Shown here: in pieces, positions 13,701-26,916 of the stretch | Layout of the letters: each line of letters starts with the position of its first letter | How positions within the stretch are numbered: position 1 is the stretch's first letter | Assembly: GCA_965285935.1 (NCBI GenBank) | Contig: OZ260662.1 | Location: 77,128,001 to 77,192,000, forward strand | Length of the DNA: 64,000 nucleotides | Origin: Ophelia neglecta | Lineage: Eukaryota | Direction of reading: 5' to 3' | Position numbers and translations under genes: made by a program | The notes under the pieces: model-generated | Told to the model about the DNA's origin: nothing | Databases searched by the model: none | Seen by the model: only the letters and a program-made list of their open reading frames with translations

Positions 13701-16700
13701 TTGAGATGATGGCATTTTTGGTAGAGCAGACGCACAAGGCTGAAAAGCCTGTGGATCTTTTTGACAATGGCTCCAGCTTGTCGAGTGGTGTTCAGTATAT
13801 ACTGAGCTGAGAGCTGAGACTTCGGACTCAGCCTCTCTGTCTGCAGACTGCTGTACACATCAGACAGCTCATCCAGGAAGACGGACACTGTGTCCCAAGG
13901 GTTGTCAGCAGGCATGCTCATGGTGAGTAGAGATCTGGTAACAAGAGTGTGACAAGTTGGTAAGCCAAAATGTGTTTGCCCTACCTCTCATAACCAGCTC
14001 ACCAAGAAAGATCTGTCTGATGCCTCTGATTATTAACCAACCAATCAGGAAAGAGCAGCATTATTACACCTTTCAGATGAATACCAATTGGCAGTAAGCA
14101 ATGGTGATGGCACCTTCACATCAAACAGATGATAGAGCCACAAACATTGTGGTTAGTTTTCATCAAAAGACTTCAAGAAGGCACAACTGATTTAGGGAAG
14201 CCACTTTTATTTTGTAGGAAGAGTTTCTAATTTAATCAACTGCTTGTAATTAGTCGAACCAAAGAGAATGTGCTAAACACGATGGCAACTGACTCATTGG
14301 GTAGAATTCAGGTAGCTGACTGCTCTCAGTAATAAAAATTGTCATCGTCCACACTTCATTTACTATTCTGCCATGTAAATAATAATAAAGAATATTCCAT
14401 TCTACTTTTAAGAGCATACTGATAAAATAGCCTCCAGAACAGAATGATGGCCACTATCAAATTAGGACTGAGGTGACAATTGACCCTAGTGTAGCTGACA
14501 AGTACTCCACAAGAAAGGCTTTTCTCAAGAGGTTCCATAAACTCCCAGAAAATTATATCATACGATCAATGCGATTCATGTTCATTCCTCAGTAACATTT
14601 AGTGATAAGGTATCCTTTCAATAGTCTTCCCAGTCAAATATTAACTTGTCCAATGCTTTAATATTCTTTTATTCTACTTTTATATATTATGCTCTAACAC
14701 AATGATCTGCCTATGTAATAAGCTAATTATTAATTTTTTAATATATGTAAGAAGTGGCTATGGGTTAGAAAATTAAAAAATACTTTTTCTGGTCTTCATA
14801 ATAGTTTAGATACATGCATGAACACTTTGTCTGATGTCTCCGACGTTAACTTAAATACTGGTCACCGGATTCTTTATTATATATCTACCCTTGAAAACGT
14901 GTTATAGACTACTTGTGAATGCCATGTTTTAAATTTTAAAGGTTAAATATTATAGAAGAATGTTAATAAATGTGAGTTTATTTAGAATAAATTGGTTTCA
15001 TAGATTGAATTTGGCCATCACAGACTTAATTCTTTCTAACCTCCCTATTTTAATATTAATGTTGCTAGCTATGATTGTATGAGTAAGACCCCCTTGGAGG
15101 ATGTGGTGGCCCTGAAGAGGACCAGGGAATGTACTCCCAGTAGACAGGGTGTGAGACTGCCAGGGGTCTCAGCCAAACAGCCGGGGATACTGGGAGAGGA
15201 AGGTCTGGTGGGAGGTGGTGATCTTCTCCATCAATCTGTCTACTTGGCCAGCCAACTTGAGGAGGGAGGAGGAGTGCACGCAGCGTTCACTCTCATACAC
15301 CTGAAGCTTATTCCACACAGGGTAGTAGTGCTTGAGTTCACCATTAAATATCACATCTTCTAGTTTCTTGTTGAGATGATGACACTTTTGGTAGAGCAGA
15401 CGCACAAGGCTAAAAAGCCTCTGGATCTTTTTGACAATGGTTCCAGCTTGTCGAGTGGTGTTCAGTATATACTGAGTTGAGAGCTGAGACTTGGGACTCA
15501 GCCTCTCTGTCTGCAGACTGCTGTACACATCAGACAGCTCATCCAGGAAGACGGACACTGTGTCCCAAGGGTTGTCAGCAGGCATGCTCATGGTGAGTAG
15601 AGATCTGGTAACAGGAGTGTGACAAGTTGGGAAGCCAAAATGTGTTTGCCCTACCTCTCAAAACCAGCTCACCAAGAAAGGTCTGTCTGATGCCTCTGAT
15701 TATTAACCAACCAATCAGGAAAGAGCAGCATTATTACACCTTTCAGATGAATACCAATTGGCAGTAAGCAATGGTGATGGCACCTTCACATCAAACAGAT
15801 GATAGAGCCACAAACATTGTGGTTTGTTTACATCAAAAAGGCACAACTGATTGAAGGAAGCCACTTTCATTTTGTGGGAAGATATTCAAATTGAAGCAAC
15901 TATGTGTCAACAGTCTAAGAGAAAATTTGCTGAACAAAATAGCAATTGACTTCTTGGTAGATTTCTAGTATTTGTCGCAGTATTACTCACAGTAAAGAAA
16001 TGGTCATCTTCCACATTTCTTTCATTATTCTGCTATTAAAATAAAAAAAGAATATTCCCTTCTACTGAGACAGCCAAACCAAAGACCTTGGCTAACTTAT
16101 GTTGAAGCAACTCAGCTCATACGAATGCTAGTGTTGAGCCTTCTTACACAAGTATCGTTAACTGCCAGGAAGCTGCAGGTGTTCAAAGCTACATACCTTC
16201 CTACTAAAAAGGAACTCTCAAATGTACAAACTTGTAAGATTATACTGAGATATAGCCTTGAGAACAGAGAATGATGGCCAATATCCCATTAGAACTGAGG
16301 TGGCTGTCCACCCTGGTGTAACTGAGCATCATATTTAATTCTGATGTTCTGATTCGAAATGAAATTAACCTCTCAATATTAATTTAAGCCATTTCCTGAT
16401 GCATTCTCAAAAAGAGCATCAATAAAGTGCTCTAGTGTAACTTTTCTATTTTGACAAAAGGAATACCTGAACCAATCAAACACCATGTAATTCAAACCAA
16501 AACATAACTGAATGCATTTAAAATCATTCTTATAGAGAAACAGGACATTTTGATAATTATTTTTAGATATTTACAAATTAATAAATGTGCAAGTCACACT
16601 TTTGACATCAAAGGCAGTTCAAAAGTTCAGCCACATCTTTGATTAGGACATAATGTTTATAACCTGTGAACAATTGTAATGGAATTTCCATGGATTACTA

Positions 16701-19700
16701 ACAGTCTCAAGAAGGGTGTGAAATACACATCACGGTTTTTTATCACAACTGATGATTCATTTAAAGGAACTGAATCACATCAAAGACCAGTAAGTGTGAA
16801 AACTGGTGACTCACTATTAAACATTATTAATTGAATTGGATGGGCGGTTAAGAAACTGTCATATGAAATTTGTTACCACTTATGGGTTCCAACACAATCC
16901 CAGGAACTAGAAATTATTGAACTAACTTACAAAGAAAAGTGAATAAATGCTGAGTTTTGGATTAAACTTGAGACATTGTTTGAGGCATATATTTGGGTTT
17001 AAAGAAAAGAAAGTTGGTCTAAAACATGAAAAAACAGGACAATTAAAAATTGGGATAATTTCCTCAATTTCTTCCAAAATGGCAGAAGAAACATATTTTT
17101 TCTAGAACAGAAAAAAACCTTTTTTCCTTGGAAAAAATTGCCTGTTTAAGAAAATGCCAATTCTGATTGGGAAATGTTGGCAATAGTTTCAAAGAAGCAA
17201 AACTCCATCTGGAGGTCAATGAAACCTTCTTGATAAGTAAATAATGGTTAGGGAAACCTGACAGAATATATGTGTTTTGAAGCGATGACCAGGGATCTGC
17301 AGGTCCAATTCCTGCTTACTGAACATTACGCCACTCATAGTAGCATATGGACAAATCAAATAGCTTCATGCCTAAGGGACCCAGTGTGAATTGGGGGCTT
17401 AAAGTTTCGAACAAATCTGGTTCATCTATTTGCATGAGAATTTCTGTCTAATATGTAGGTGTTGCTGAAAGAAAAAACAAGTGGCAATATATATTGCCAG
17501 GTTGTGAAAACATGCTTAAATTAATGTTGGTGAGTACCTTTGATGTTTTCCACATCTATGCCCCTGACTGACATAGCCTTGAAGGCAATGCCTACATTGT
17601 GGATCTTCTGTAGACGGCTGATGGCAGGAACCCTCATCTCCTTGGACAACATGTAGCAGTTGGTCAACATCTCTATGACACGACTGTAAGGTAAAGAATT
17701 GATCCAAATATGACCAGAGTATCAGAGAATACTTTAAGACCAAAATATTTAGTATGCTCTTTATTTCACACATTATTAGAGTGTAAGCACTAAAGTTGTT
17801 CCAGATCCATGACACTACAGTACAAGGCTGACAAATACAAGGGGCTTAATGCTAAATATTTTCATACATTACTTAAATGAGACACTGCTGGTCAGTAAAA
17901 TAAATTGTACTCCTGAATAGCAAATTTACTCCTAAAATATGGCAATGTCTGTGAAATGACAGAGGATTTAGAAGCAACAAAGCTTAAAGATATGACTGTG
18001 GAATCTTGTTAACTTGCCAGTTAATTTTGGCAGATTATTGTAGGCGTCATATTGTGACACTGTTCTATTATTTGTATTATTTGGTCAGCTATTTTTTTGC
18101 TATTTTGTTTTTCGCTTTTCTACTACATTTTAGTGCATTCTGCTTCAAATGACACCCATAACAATTGTCCTTGAACTCAGTAACAGGTGTCATCATAAAA
18201 ATAAATCAGCTGTAAGCCAATCTAATTCTATCTGGACACCGGAGCATGCAAACCTACGTGAGTTTCATGCCGTCTCGGAGATCGGTGGCCAGGTTAGTGA
18301 CTGCGTAATTGTACTCCTCCAGAGCCGTCTGAACATGGCTGACATGATATCCTAGGTAACCAAGGTGTTTGGTTAGGTCCCCCTCGCCACTCAAATAGTC
18401 TCGAGAAAATGTCAGCAGTAGATCTTTACTGGCCTAGAAGTACAATGCATCATTATGAAATATGGATATAAAATAAATATCAAGAGTTTGCACTGGCTAT
18501 TTAAAAAATTGGGTGCAAAAAGACTTTTCATGAGAAAGTGGGGCCCAGTGCTTACAGGGACAAATATTAGGGGTCCCAATTAATCTACAAAAGAGACTTG
18601 GATGGCATGAATGCAAACAACGGATATACATCTGGGCATGAAAATATCTTTTAATATTGCATCAGGGCAAAATAAAAGATAATGGAGAACAGTGATATGG
18701 AAATATGACAAAACAAAATTGTTGATTTTTTTGGTAATGTATTTTTGCATGTTATTCTCCATGCATGATTGCTAAAACCAATATACAAGAGTGTTAAATT
18801 CGGCCAGTAGATATGACAGCTACTCACCTTGTAGTCAGAGTCTATACAGAAGAGGCAGGGATCATGATCAATCAGACGACTTTTCTTGGCTTTGTCCAGG
18901 AATATCACCAGCAACAGGAACTTCTTGAGGATGAACTGGGCCAGGGCCTCGTCATAACCTGATCATAATGATTAATACTAACATCAAACAATAGTAGTAC
19001 ATTAGTAGTTGCAGGGATGAAGCTTGTAATAGGGTATCATGTACATATGAATGAGCATTATTTAGATTATTCTGTCTGATTAGCAGCCACCTTACATGTA
19101 TACTTTTGTGACCAGCTGTAAAGTGTATCATTATATCACTGATAATACTGTACATACCATCTCTGTAGAAGTGAGGGACTGTGGGGTGAGCATACTGTTC
19201 GGCTATGTCTGGGTTTCCCAAAAGTCGATGGACTATGAAGTGGGACAACCCATACACATCAGTGTTGGCCGCAACTGGTACAATCTCACCAAACACCACC
19301 TTAAAATCAGCGAAAAATTAATGAGACCAATGCAAAGATTTGGTTACACTTAAAATTGTCCTAGAGTACTGTTAAAGATGAAATTTTCGCAGAATTGGCA
19401 GCATTTATTTCCATGCAGACTATTTTGGCATTTATTGAAAGGTGCCCATATAAGACTTACAATGCAAGAAATTTTTGATTACTTAATGCCTGCGCATCCT
19501 AGCCAATCGTGAAAAAGTTAAAAAAAAATGTTATTTCATGTTTTCCTTTATTTGTGGAAAAAGTAATTAGAATATTAGTAAATTATTATTCGTAAATATT
19601 TCAGCTTACCTCTACACCGATTCGAAGCCATAGTGGGTTGTAAGACAGCAGCATATCCAAAATTGTTTGTTTAATGCCTGAAATAAATATAAAAAGGTCA

Positions 19701-22700
19701 ATTTGTAAACATTTTCATTTTTTCAGTTGACCCCGGTAATTATTTAGCACTATTCCATTTGAACTGGTGTTTATGTCGGGGTGGGGTTCACATAGTTTTT
19801 TATTTCAGTAGATTCAACCATGTACTAAAAAGGTACAATGAGGAGGCTACATTTATTTTATATATATAACTTGTGGAGGGCAAGGGGTGAAAAAATGTAT
19901 CCAACACCCCTTCTCTGGCATTTGAAAGAAACCGCCCTTAGAATATACCAGAACATATAGGGAAAATTAAAATATAGAAAGAAAAATAGTATATTATCAT
20001 TTCTGTTTAACTTCCAGAAGAGGGGAATAAAATACCTAAATCTGCATGAATTTTCCTGTCTTTTCTTACAGCCAGACCATTCCTTTCAATTTCTTTCTCT
20101 ATTTTCTGAATTATTTTCACATTTTCTTCATTTTGGAAGAGAGAGCAAGCCTTGTGTCTCAGCCTGTTCAGCCTGCGTTTGGCAGTGTACATTTTGAAGG
20201 AGAGATATTCCTTGGTAGGAGCTAGGGTGACATCATGTGGCGGACCATCCACAAACAACCGTCCTGCATCAACTGAAGTCAAATTAAAAATGTTATATTT
20301 GAGATAGATTGTTTTCCAATTTCAACATCCTACAAATTTTGAAAAACATTTTTGTAGCATCACAATTCCTCTCCCATTCAAAGAAGAAAATCAGTTTTTC
20401 TAGCATTTGGAAAGGTACATTTTTGATGCTATTCAGTGACGTGAACTCCCTTTGTTGCTGGGTCATGATTTGGTGTTCTTTGGTTTTTCAGGCAATTTTT
20501 ATATGGTACAATATAGGTAAATCACAGGTAAAGTTCCTTGAATAATAAATTTTACACAACCTGGTGATGACTCGGGCCACTCTTTGGTGTATCGAATTAA
20601 TTAATCAATATAACCTGTCTAACTTACTATCAGTTGTCTTTTAGGATACTAATTGAGAGGTGGCCGTTTTGTAGAAAAGAATGCATTATTGAATATAAAA
20701 GCATTTGATTGGGCACTCACTTCTTTTAGGCTTGACAGCTTCAAAGTACTCATCTGGAGGTGTCAGGATGAAGTTGAGCCACCTGACAAATCCTCGCTCT
20801 TCCTTCTCCATCCATCTCTCGTCATAATACATGTTTTTTCCAGCAAACGGCATGGGATGTTTGGGTAGTGCTGAACACAGTCAGAAAATAAATGTTTTTT
20901 TATCACTTGTTTCTTAGAAAATACATTGTCCTTTATGAACTGAAAGTTAAGTTTTATTGCATTCAGCATATATAGAGAAAAAACACAGATTTAAATGAAG
21001 AAAAATTCACCTGTTGGCTTCTTAGACAGGACCAGTTTTGACTGAGCAAGACCCTGAGCCAGAGATTTGGACTTTCCCTTTGATGATGGGGTGGGTTTGG
21101 GTGGGCCACAAGATTTACTCATCCCAGCAAGAGCAGCTAAAAGAAAATTAGTGATATAATATAAATGCCTCACGACAATATGCAATGTCTTTCGTTACTT
21201 AAAAAAGGCAATACATGAAGCAAATGATTTTTTTCTCACATACCTTGCCTCCTAAGTTGTTGCGTTCTGTTCAAGCTCCTGTCATTTTGAGAGCTTTGCA
21301 GTGGCCTGCTCTTTAAATCTCCCCCTTTCTGACCTTCTATGCCAGACCGCAACTTCTTTACATCACTGCCGCTGGCATATTTCCTTCTGGGAACCGCCCT
21401 GTCCATGCTGTGAGGTCTTTTCTTACAGGCGAGAGGGTCTGTGGTGTTTAGAACAGCACGGCAAGCAGATAGGCTCACCCGCGGCTGAGCCTGTCTCCAG
21501 GGTTTCTGGTATCTTCTGCCACTCTTGTCATCATCAGGGTCATTCACCTGTGCGGTTTTGTAAGGGCTCCTACTGGGACGAGCGTTAAAAGAAATTCCAG
21601 TGTGAGGGACAGGTTGGTTAATTAAAGAATGATCCCTTTTACGTGGACTATGGTACAAGATGTCTTCAGAAAATACCTCATCTGTTATGACTTTATTTTT
21701 CTTTTCTATAGTAGCCAGCATGTCTGGTGTAGCATTGGCAACATTGTCACTTGCAATATGAGCCTCTTCAGCATTGCCAGAGAACAGTTCCTTCTTAGAT
21801 TTCTGGGTGGCTGGAGGTCTTCTGTGCAGGATATCAGGCTTTGACTTGGTCACTGTAAGGGAACTCACTCTTTTGGGTTCAGGGGAATCAGGCATTTCTT
21901 GGACCAATGACCCCCGTGCTTGAGGTGCAGACGACTTTATTACTGAATCCAGTGATTGAGGGAAAGCAGAAACATTAACAATTGGGCTTGCCATGTGAGA
22001 TTTCTGGAACATTCCCTTGTCAGTTGGTGGTGGAGCGGTCAGAGGAGTTGAAGAAAACCAGTTCTTAAGTTCATGCTTAACACTTGTCAGCTGGTCCACC
22101 ACCTCTTGGTGGCTGAAGGACTCGCTCAGCAGGGAAGTTGGACTCTCATCTAGCTCAGCAGGTTTGGTGAGCTGTGACCTACCAACAACTTCAGCCTGGG
22201 CAGGTTCATGGCTACCAGGGTCTAGGTTTAGTGGTGTTTGAATTGTTTCATCAGTGTTACCCAACACTTTTTGTACTTGGTATTGGACTGGGGTGAAACT
22301 TAAAGTTTTCTTTGCCTCATTTTCCATTTCTTCTTCTGGTACACTGGTATCAGAGGGTTCAGGAGAGCTTCTATCTTCTGTATCAGCTTCAAGACTATCA
22401 ACACTGAAACGCTCTTCCTTCCTCAGTTTTCTGATGGCTGGTATAAATGGTACTGATTCCATATATTCAGGGAGTAAATCAGATCTCTGAATTATGTCAT
22501 CAATAGTTTCAACTTGAGGGCTTTCATTTATTGTGATTTGGGGGGAAAGAGAAAACTCTGATCCATCTTGCTTTGGCTTTGAGAAACCCCTTAGGAATTT
22601 TGCAAATTCTTGCTGTTGGTAGACCACATCTGTTCCTGACTGTGAGTGAGATACAGTGGTACTGACAGTGTGTTGAAAGGAATCTGTCACCACTGTTGGC

Positions 22701-25700
22701 TCAATGCTGTGAACTTCGACCGAGTTAGGCCTGGAAGCCAGAACTTGCTCAGCTATGAGATTGACAGTTTCTGTGACAACCTTTGCTCTGTCGTCCTGTA
22801 TACATTCAGGTGAAGTTACCGTTATGTCAGCAGTTGAGTAGACATTGACAATCTCGGAGGTTGTAACAGTCTCAAAAATTTCGACTTTTTCTATTCTCTC
22901 TTCAAATATTGTGTCACAGTCGCTCTTCCATTCTGAGGTCTGATCAGGGACATAGCCCACAGAATCCTCAAAGATTTCATCCTCCAAGTCAGAGTTGACA
23001 GGGCTTCTGTATGGTGTGCTAGCCGGTGTCATATATGTAGCTGTGGTCACACTGTCCCCATCATTGGCATTGGGGTCAGATGATTCCAGTTGCTTTGCCA
23101 GCTTCTGTAGCGAATCATTCAAAACTTCTTGGTGAGTTAGTCCAGGATGGGAAAGAAGAGCCCCTTTAAGCTGCATTCCTCTGAATATGTCACCAACAAC
23201 ATCATTGGAATTATTGGTTAGAGATGACTTTTCATAAACTGGACTTTGCGCATTAAGACTATCTTGGTGTTCACATGGTTTAGGGCTCAAACTGCTGTTT
23301 AGTTTAGTGTAAGTACCGGAGCGTCTTAGGTTAGACCTGTCTGGGGTTTCAGAGTGGGAAATACTTAAGTTGTGAACAGTGGTGTCATCAGAGAAATGCA
23401 CAGCATGAGCTGGGTGTTTTCTGACCGGAGAGGCGGAACGAGCCACATTGGTGTCTGAGCTATGGACCTCTATGATGGGAGTATTACTACAAGTGTTCTC
23501 GTTCTTGTGAAAGGTGCTTCGTCTGATAGGTGTGCTGGGCAGATCAGGATCGTCCTTCTCAAAGGTAGATCTACTGGCCATCTCATCAGCTTCATCGATG
23601 GACTTAGGGGGTGTGAATACATGGCGTGTGTGGGCTGAATGTTTTGGTTGCAGCATGGAAAGCACTGATGGTTCTTTTTTGTCATATGTTGTCCTCCTCA
23701 GGGGTGATTGAGGCAGGGTAGGGTCTTCTTTTATAAATGTGGTACGTCTCGGGGGAGTGCCTGGAATTGCGGGGTCATCAAACTTAAAGAATTCATGTGC
23801 AGGTGCAGATTTTCTGTCCAGACTTGGACATTTTTCAGCAACATTAAAAGTTTTGTATGCTGGAGATTCAATAAATGTGGATGAACATTTTGGAATTGGA
23901 GTCTGCATGACCGAGCCATCTTCTTTGAAATAAGTTGAAGCTGGCTCAATGTTGCCAACAATGTGGGTTGAACTTAAGACCGACACATTGGTGTCTTCTT
24001 TATACCCAAATGTAGTCAAGTTGTTCATACCAGAGTTGCTAGGACCAAAAGCATGTCGCACAGGGACTTTTGGTATGGCCCACTCGGGGACATTCTTACT
24101 AGGCTGCAATACTCGAGTAGCATCAGGTGCTGAAGTGGAGCATTGCAAGTACTCAACTGTAATGTTTTCTTTAATCTCTTCATGTATTATATCCTGTTTT
24201 CTTCTCTCTACACTCTCTGATTTTGTCACATATACTTCAACAGTGGCGTCCACTAGAGGCTTCTTGGGCTTCCTATTCGATGTATTGTCATTGTTTTTAG
24301 GAGACAGAGGTGACCTATGATTCTGAGGTTTGTTTCCTGTGATCCTGGTAGCTGGTGCCTTCTTCTGGGCTAGAGCGGCCCTTCTGATCCCTCGTGACTG
24401 AAAGGGAGAAAATAGCACATGACATTCCTCATAACTTTTTTACTACTGGATACATCCAAGCAGAAATGATGGTACTGCATGGAAAATGTTCCTTTTGATA
24501 TGATAATAATTACTCAAGGGGACAGGTATATAATTTAAAGCTCCCCCCTCATCCCCCCCCCTCCAGCTCAAAAAATTCTATTAATTGGTAAGGACAAATA
24601 GCAAATTGGAATTTGTTTATTGATAACTGCCTATGTCTTCAGATGGAGAGGTTGTAGTTATAAAGCCAGCATGGAGCAGCAACGATTATAGACATGAACT
24701 ACTTCACAACAAGCTTTTAAACAACTTTTATACAAACACATCACCACTCTGTGGCACCATGTATTTGTTATGTGAATTGACAAACCAAATAAGTTAAAAG
24801 CCTGGACAGGCACAACAATGTTCTTTCATTTAAATGAATCTATTTTGAGAGTGGTATTTTCATGAAGTGGCTAGTGACATAATTCACAGATGTACATGTA
24901 TTAGTAGAGATATACTACACTATCCGATACTACTACTGATCAAATCAATATTGATATATCGGTATCGTCATCATTTTATAAGTAAAAGAAAATATTAAAC
25001 TACTTGAACACGAAACTTTTAGGACCCAAAGGGCTGAATTTAGAACCTAGGGCATAGAAATTTGTGGAGATTTACAAAATTTTGCCCTTAAATTCACTGC
25101 CTTTGTTTTAGCTCAAATGGAGCATTTTTTCAATGTAATGAAAAAAATGCTAATATGGCTTGACTAGATCCACTTTTCCCTTTTCTGATGAACATCTTAA
25201 ACCAATACTAGTATTAGTTAGAAAATATTGTTATCAGTATTGTTCAGATGTCAGACTGGTCAGTATTATGATGTTTAATCAAAACTATGAACAGCTCTAT
25301 TCCCTTGAAACACTACCTTTGACACCAAAGTCTTTAGAAATTATTGGTAACATTTTGGTGTCTGTATATCTTAGTATCTGTATTGTTTTACAAGTATCAT
25401 TATCCAAATATGGTTCATTTCAAATCAAACGGTATGCAGCTTTATGTATATTAAAGTATGTATATATATCAGTACATGCCTTTTTTGGCTTGGGTGGTTG
25501 TTCAGCCACTCCAAACAAGATTGTTTGTAGTCTATACACTCCATCAACCTGAAACAAAGCATTCAAACAATGAATATCAGCGCAGTAGAGAACTTCAATA
25601 TGGCCACATATAAATACTGTCACCTGTTCAGCTTAGTCTAAAATAATGTTGATACATTGGTTATATGCGATTGCAAATCAGGCTCTCATGATTTATGACT

Positions 25701-26916
25701 TGGTTGTGGGGTACTATTAATTAGAATCCTAGCTATATTCAGGCCAGGAACAGCGGATCAAAACAAAAAAGCCTAACTTTGGTTCCGTCTGTGTCTAGAA
25801 TAACTTGTTATAGCGGGATCATACTACTTATGCCAGATGTATTTTTCGTCATCAAGTTGTTCTGTCACAAGTGATGCAAGCAGGTTAAAAAAAACTTTAA
25901 AAATGCATTCAAATTGGCATTTTTGCCTAAGTATTTAAGGATAATGTAACAAGATGTTTAGGACTAAATAGGTATCAGTCATATATTGAATAACAAAGAA
26001 AAATGTGTGGCTATTCACAGGATTTATGGAACAAACGTATCAATTTTATATGTAAACAAAAAAAAATTAAATTCCTGTTACTAATGTACATATAACTTTG
26101 AAAGGGATCAATGAAAGGGCAGGGTTCTTGTTTTAAAAATAATTAGCTCAGATATCCTCTTTTCATTGTTTAATATTATGCTGGCATATTTCATAATTTG
26201 ATCTTTATATGAATATTAAAATAACCTTAAAAATGACAAGTTCTCTACAGTTCTGCTGCTCCAGAGGATCCCAGGTGAGTGTGAGAATCTGCTCATCCCC
26301 AGCATCCACACTGAATTCCACTAGATCAATGTGAAAGTTCTTGTTGAATGGGAATCTACAATAGAATGGTTTTCACAATAGAAATTTGTTTCTTAAAATC
26401 TAATGAATTTGATAATCAATGTTTTTCACCAGTATGAGAATTGTCAGTCAAACCCAGCTGGTCAGACATTTTATATTTGAACTGTTCAGAGAAGTTTCTT
26501 TATGAAAACATGTGGAATAATAAAACAGATTTCTATTTATTGCTTGCCTGATTTATATTTTTATTGTATTGGTTGCTTACTATACATGTATAACTTTTGA
26601 CTGAAAAGATAAATATGTTAATTTCTTACTTTTCAACAATAACTTCTTGGCAGCAGTCATGAGGATTTCTAACTTTGAGATGCCTTATTTTAGTTTTCCC
26701 AACTCTTATCTTTCCAAAGTCTATGCGAGGGGACTTGGAAAAGTGAGTAAGCTCCAAGACTTCAATCTCTTCATGAGGATCAACTGGGTTATGTTTTGTT
26801 TTATTCTCCACAGCAATTTCAAAACGCAGGGAGTTGTTGGGTTCAAACCAAGAACGTCGTCGTTTCTTGGGTATCTCCCCACCTCCAGGAGACTGGGAGA
26901 AAGCGGGGGAAGACAT
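1..26916 (-). CDS. ASPM: Abnormal spindle-like microcephaly-associated protein (ASPM/asp); multi-exon, 3' end beyond the left window edge
   Basis: Exons with consistent phases: 26916-26630, 26355-26226, 25548-25480, 24397-21244, 21136-21011, 20870-20721, 20272-20036, 19677-19610, 19299-19158, 18958-18828, 18433-18258, 17683-17538, 7341-7141, 6932-6820, 6291-6096, 5890-5817, 5696-5496, 5090-4896, 4771-<1. N-terminal ASH domain ([21 protein letters not shown]), [30 protein letters not shown] domains ([62 protein letters not shown]), then many IQ motifs. Confidence 0.96.
8055..8170. repeat. 22-bp minisatellite (CTGACCTGAGAACACCAATGGT, about 5 copies)
   Basis: Directly visible tandem units next to the edge of array 1. 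Confidence 0.85.
8495..8529 (-). terminator. Histone-type 3' stem-loop plus downstream element (copy 1)
   Basis: Minus strand reads GGTCCTCTTCAGGGCC (8529-8514), ACCAC ATCCTC, CAAGAGAG (8502-8495). Confidence 0.75.
8575..8997 (-). CDS. Uncharacterised 140-aa predicted helical protein, array 1 copy 1
   Basis: Intact 423-bp ORF, ACCATG context, conserved in 10 copies with no indels. Confidence 0.75.
   Translation of the reverse strand: MSMPTDNPWDTVSVFLDELSDVYSSLQTERLSPKSQLSAQYILNTTRQAGAIVKKIQRLFSLVRLLYQKCHHLNKKLEDVIFNGELKHYYPVWNKLQVYESERCVHSSSLLKLAGQVDRLMEKITTSHQTFLSQYPWLFG
10979..10994 (-). terminator. Histone-type 3' stem-loop (copy 2)
   Basis: GGTCCTCTTCAGGGCC, then CTCAC...CCAGAGGG (variant flanks). 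Confidence 0.65.
11040..11462 (-). CDS. Uncharacterised 140-aa protein, array 1 copy 2
   Basis: Intact ORF, near-identical to the other copies. Confidence 0.75.
   Translation of the reverse strand: MSMPTDNPWDTVSVFLDELSDVYSSLQTERLSPKSQLSAQYILNTTRQAGAIVKKIQRLFSLVRLLYQKCRHLNKKLEDVIFNGELKHYYPVWNKLQVYESERCVHSSSLLKLAGQVDRLMEKITTSHKTFVSQYPWLFG
13437..13452 (-). terminator. Histone-type 3' stem-loop (copy 3)
   Basis: GGTCCTCTTCAGGGCC, then CTCAC...CCAGAGGG. Confidence 0.65.
13499..13921 (-). CDS. Uncharacterised 140-aa protein, array 1 copy 3
   Basis: Intact ORF, near-identical to the other copies. Confidence 0.75.
   Translation of the reverse strand: MSMPADNPWDTVSVFLDELSDVYSSLQTERLSPKSQLSAQYILNTTRQAGAIVKKIHRLFSLVRLLYQKCHHLNKKLEDVIFNGELKHYYPVWNKLQVYESERCVHSSSLLKLAGQVDRLMEKITTSHQTFLSQYPRLFG
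15108..15123 (-). terminator. Histone-type 3' stem-loop (copy 4)
   Basis: GGTCCTCTTCAGGGCC ACCAC...CAAGGGGG. Confidence 0.7.
15169..15591 (-). CDS. Uncharacterised 140-aa protein, array 1 copy 4
   Basis: Intact ORF, near-identical to the other copies. Confidence 0.75.
   Translation of the reverse strand: MSMPADNPWDTVSVFLDELSDVYSSLQTERLSPKSQLSTQYILNTTRQAGTIVKKIQRLFSLVRLLYQKCHHLNKKLEDVIFNGELKHYYPVWNKLQVYESERCVHSSSLLKLAGQVDRLMEKITTSHQTFLSQYPRLFG
21244..24397 (-). CDS. ASPM: ASPM large low-complexity exon (3154 bp, S/T-P rich)
   Basis: 1060-aa ORF in the track; TTTCAG acceptor at 24398 and CAAG|GTATGT donor at 21243; phases fit the flanking exons. Confidence 0.9.

Larger units (their letters stand above)
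8265..17545 (-). repeat. Tandem array 1: four units carrying the 140-aa ORF, nested in ASPM intron 7342-17537
   Basis: ORF periods 2465, 2459 and 1670 bp; shared spacer sequence; flanked by ASPM exons 17683-17538 and 7341-7141, which join in phase. Confidence 0.92.
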
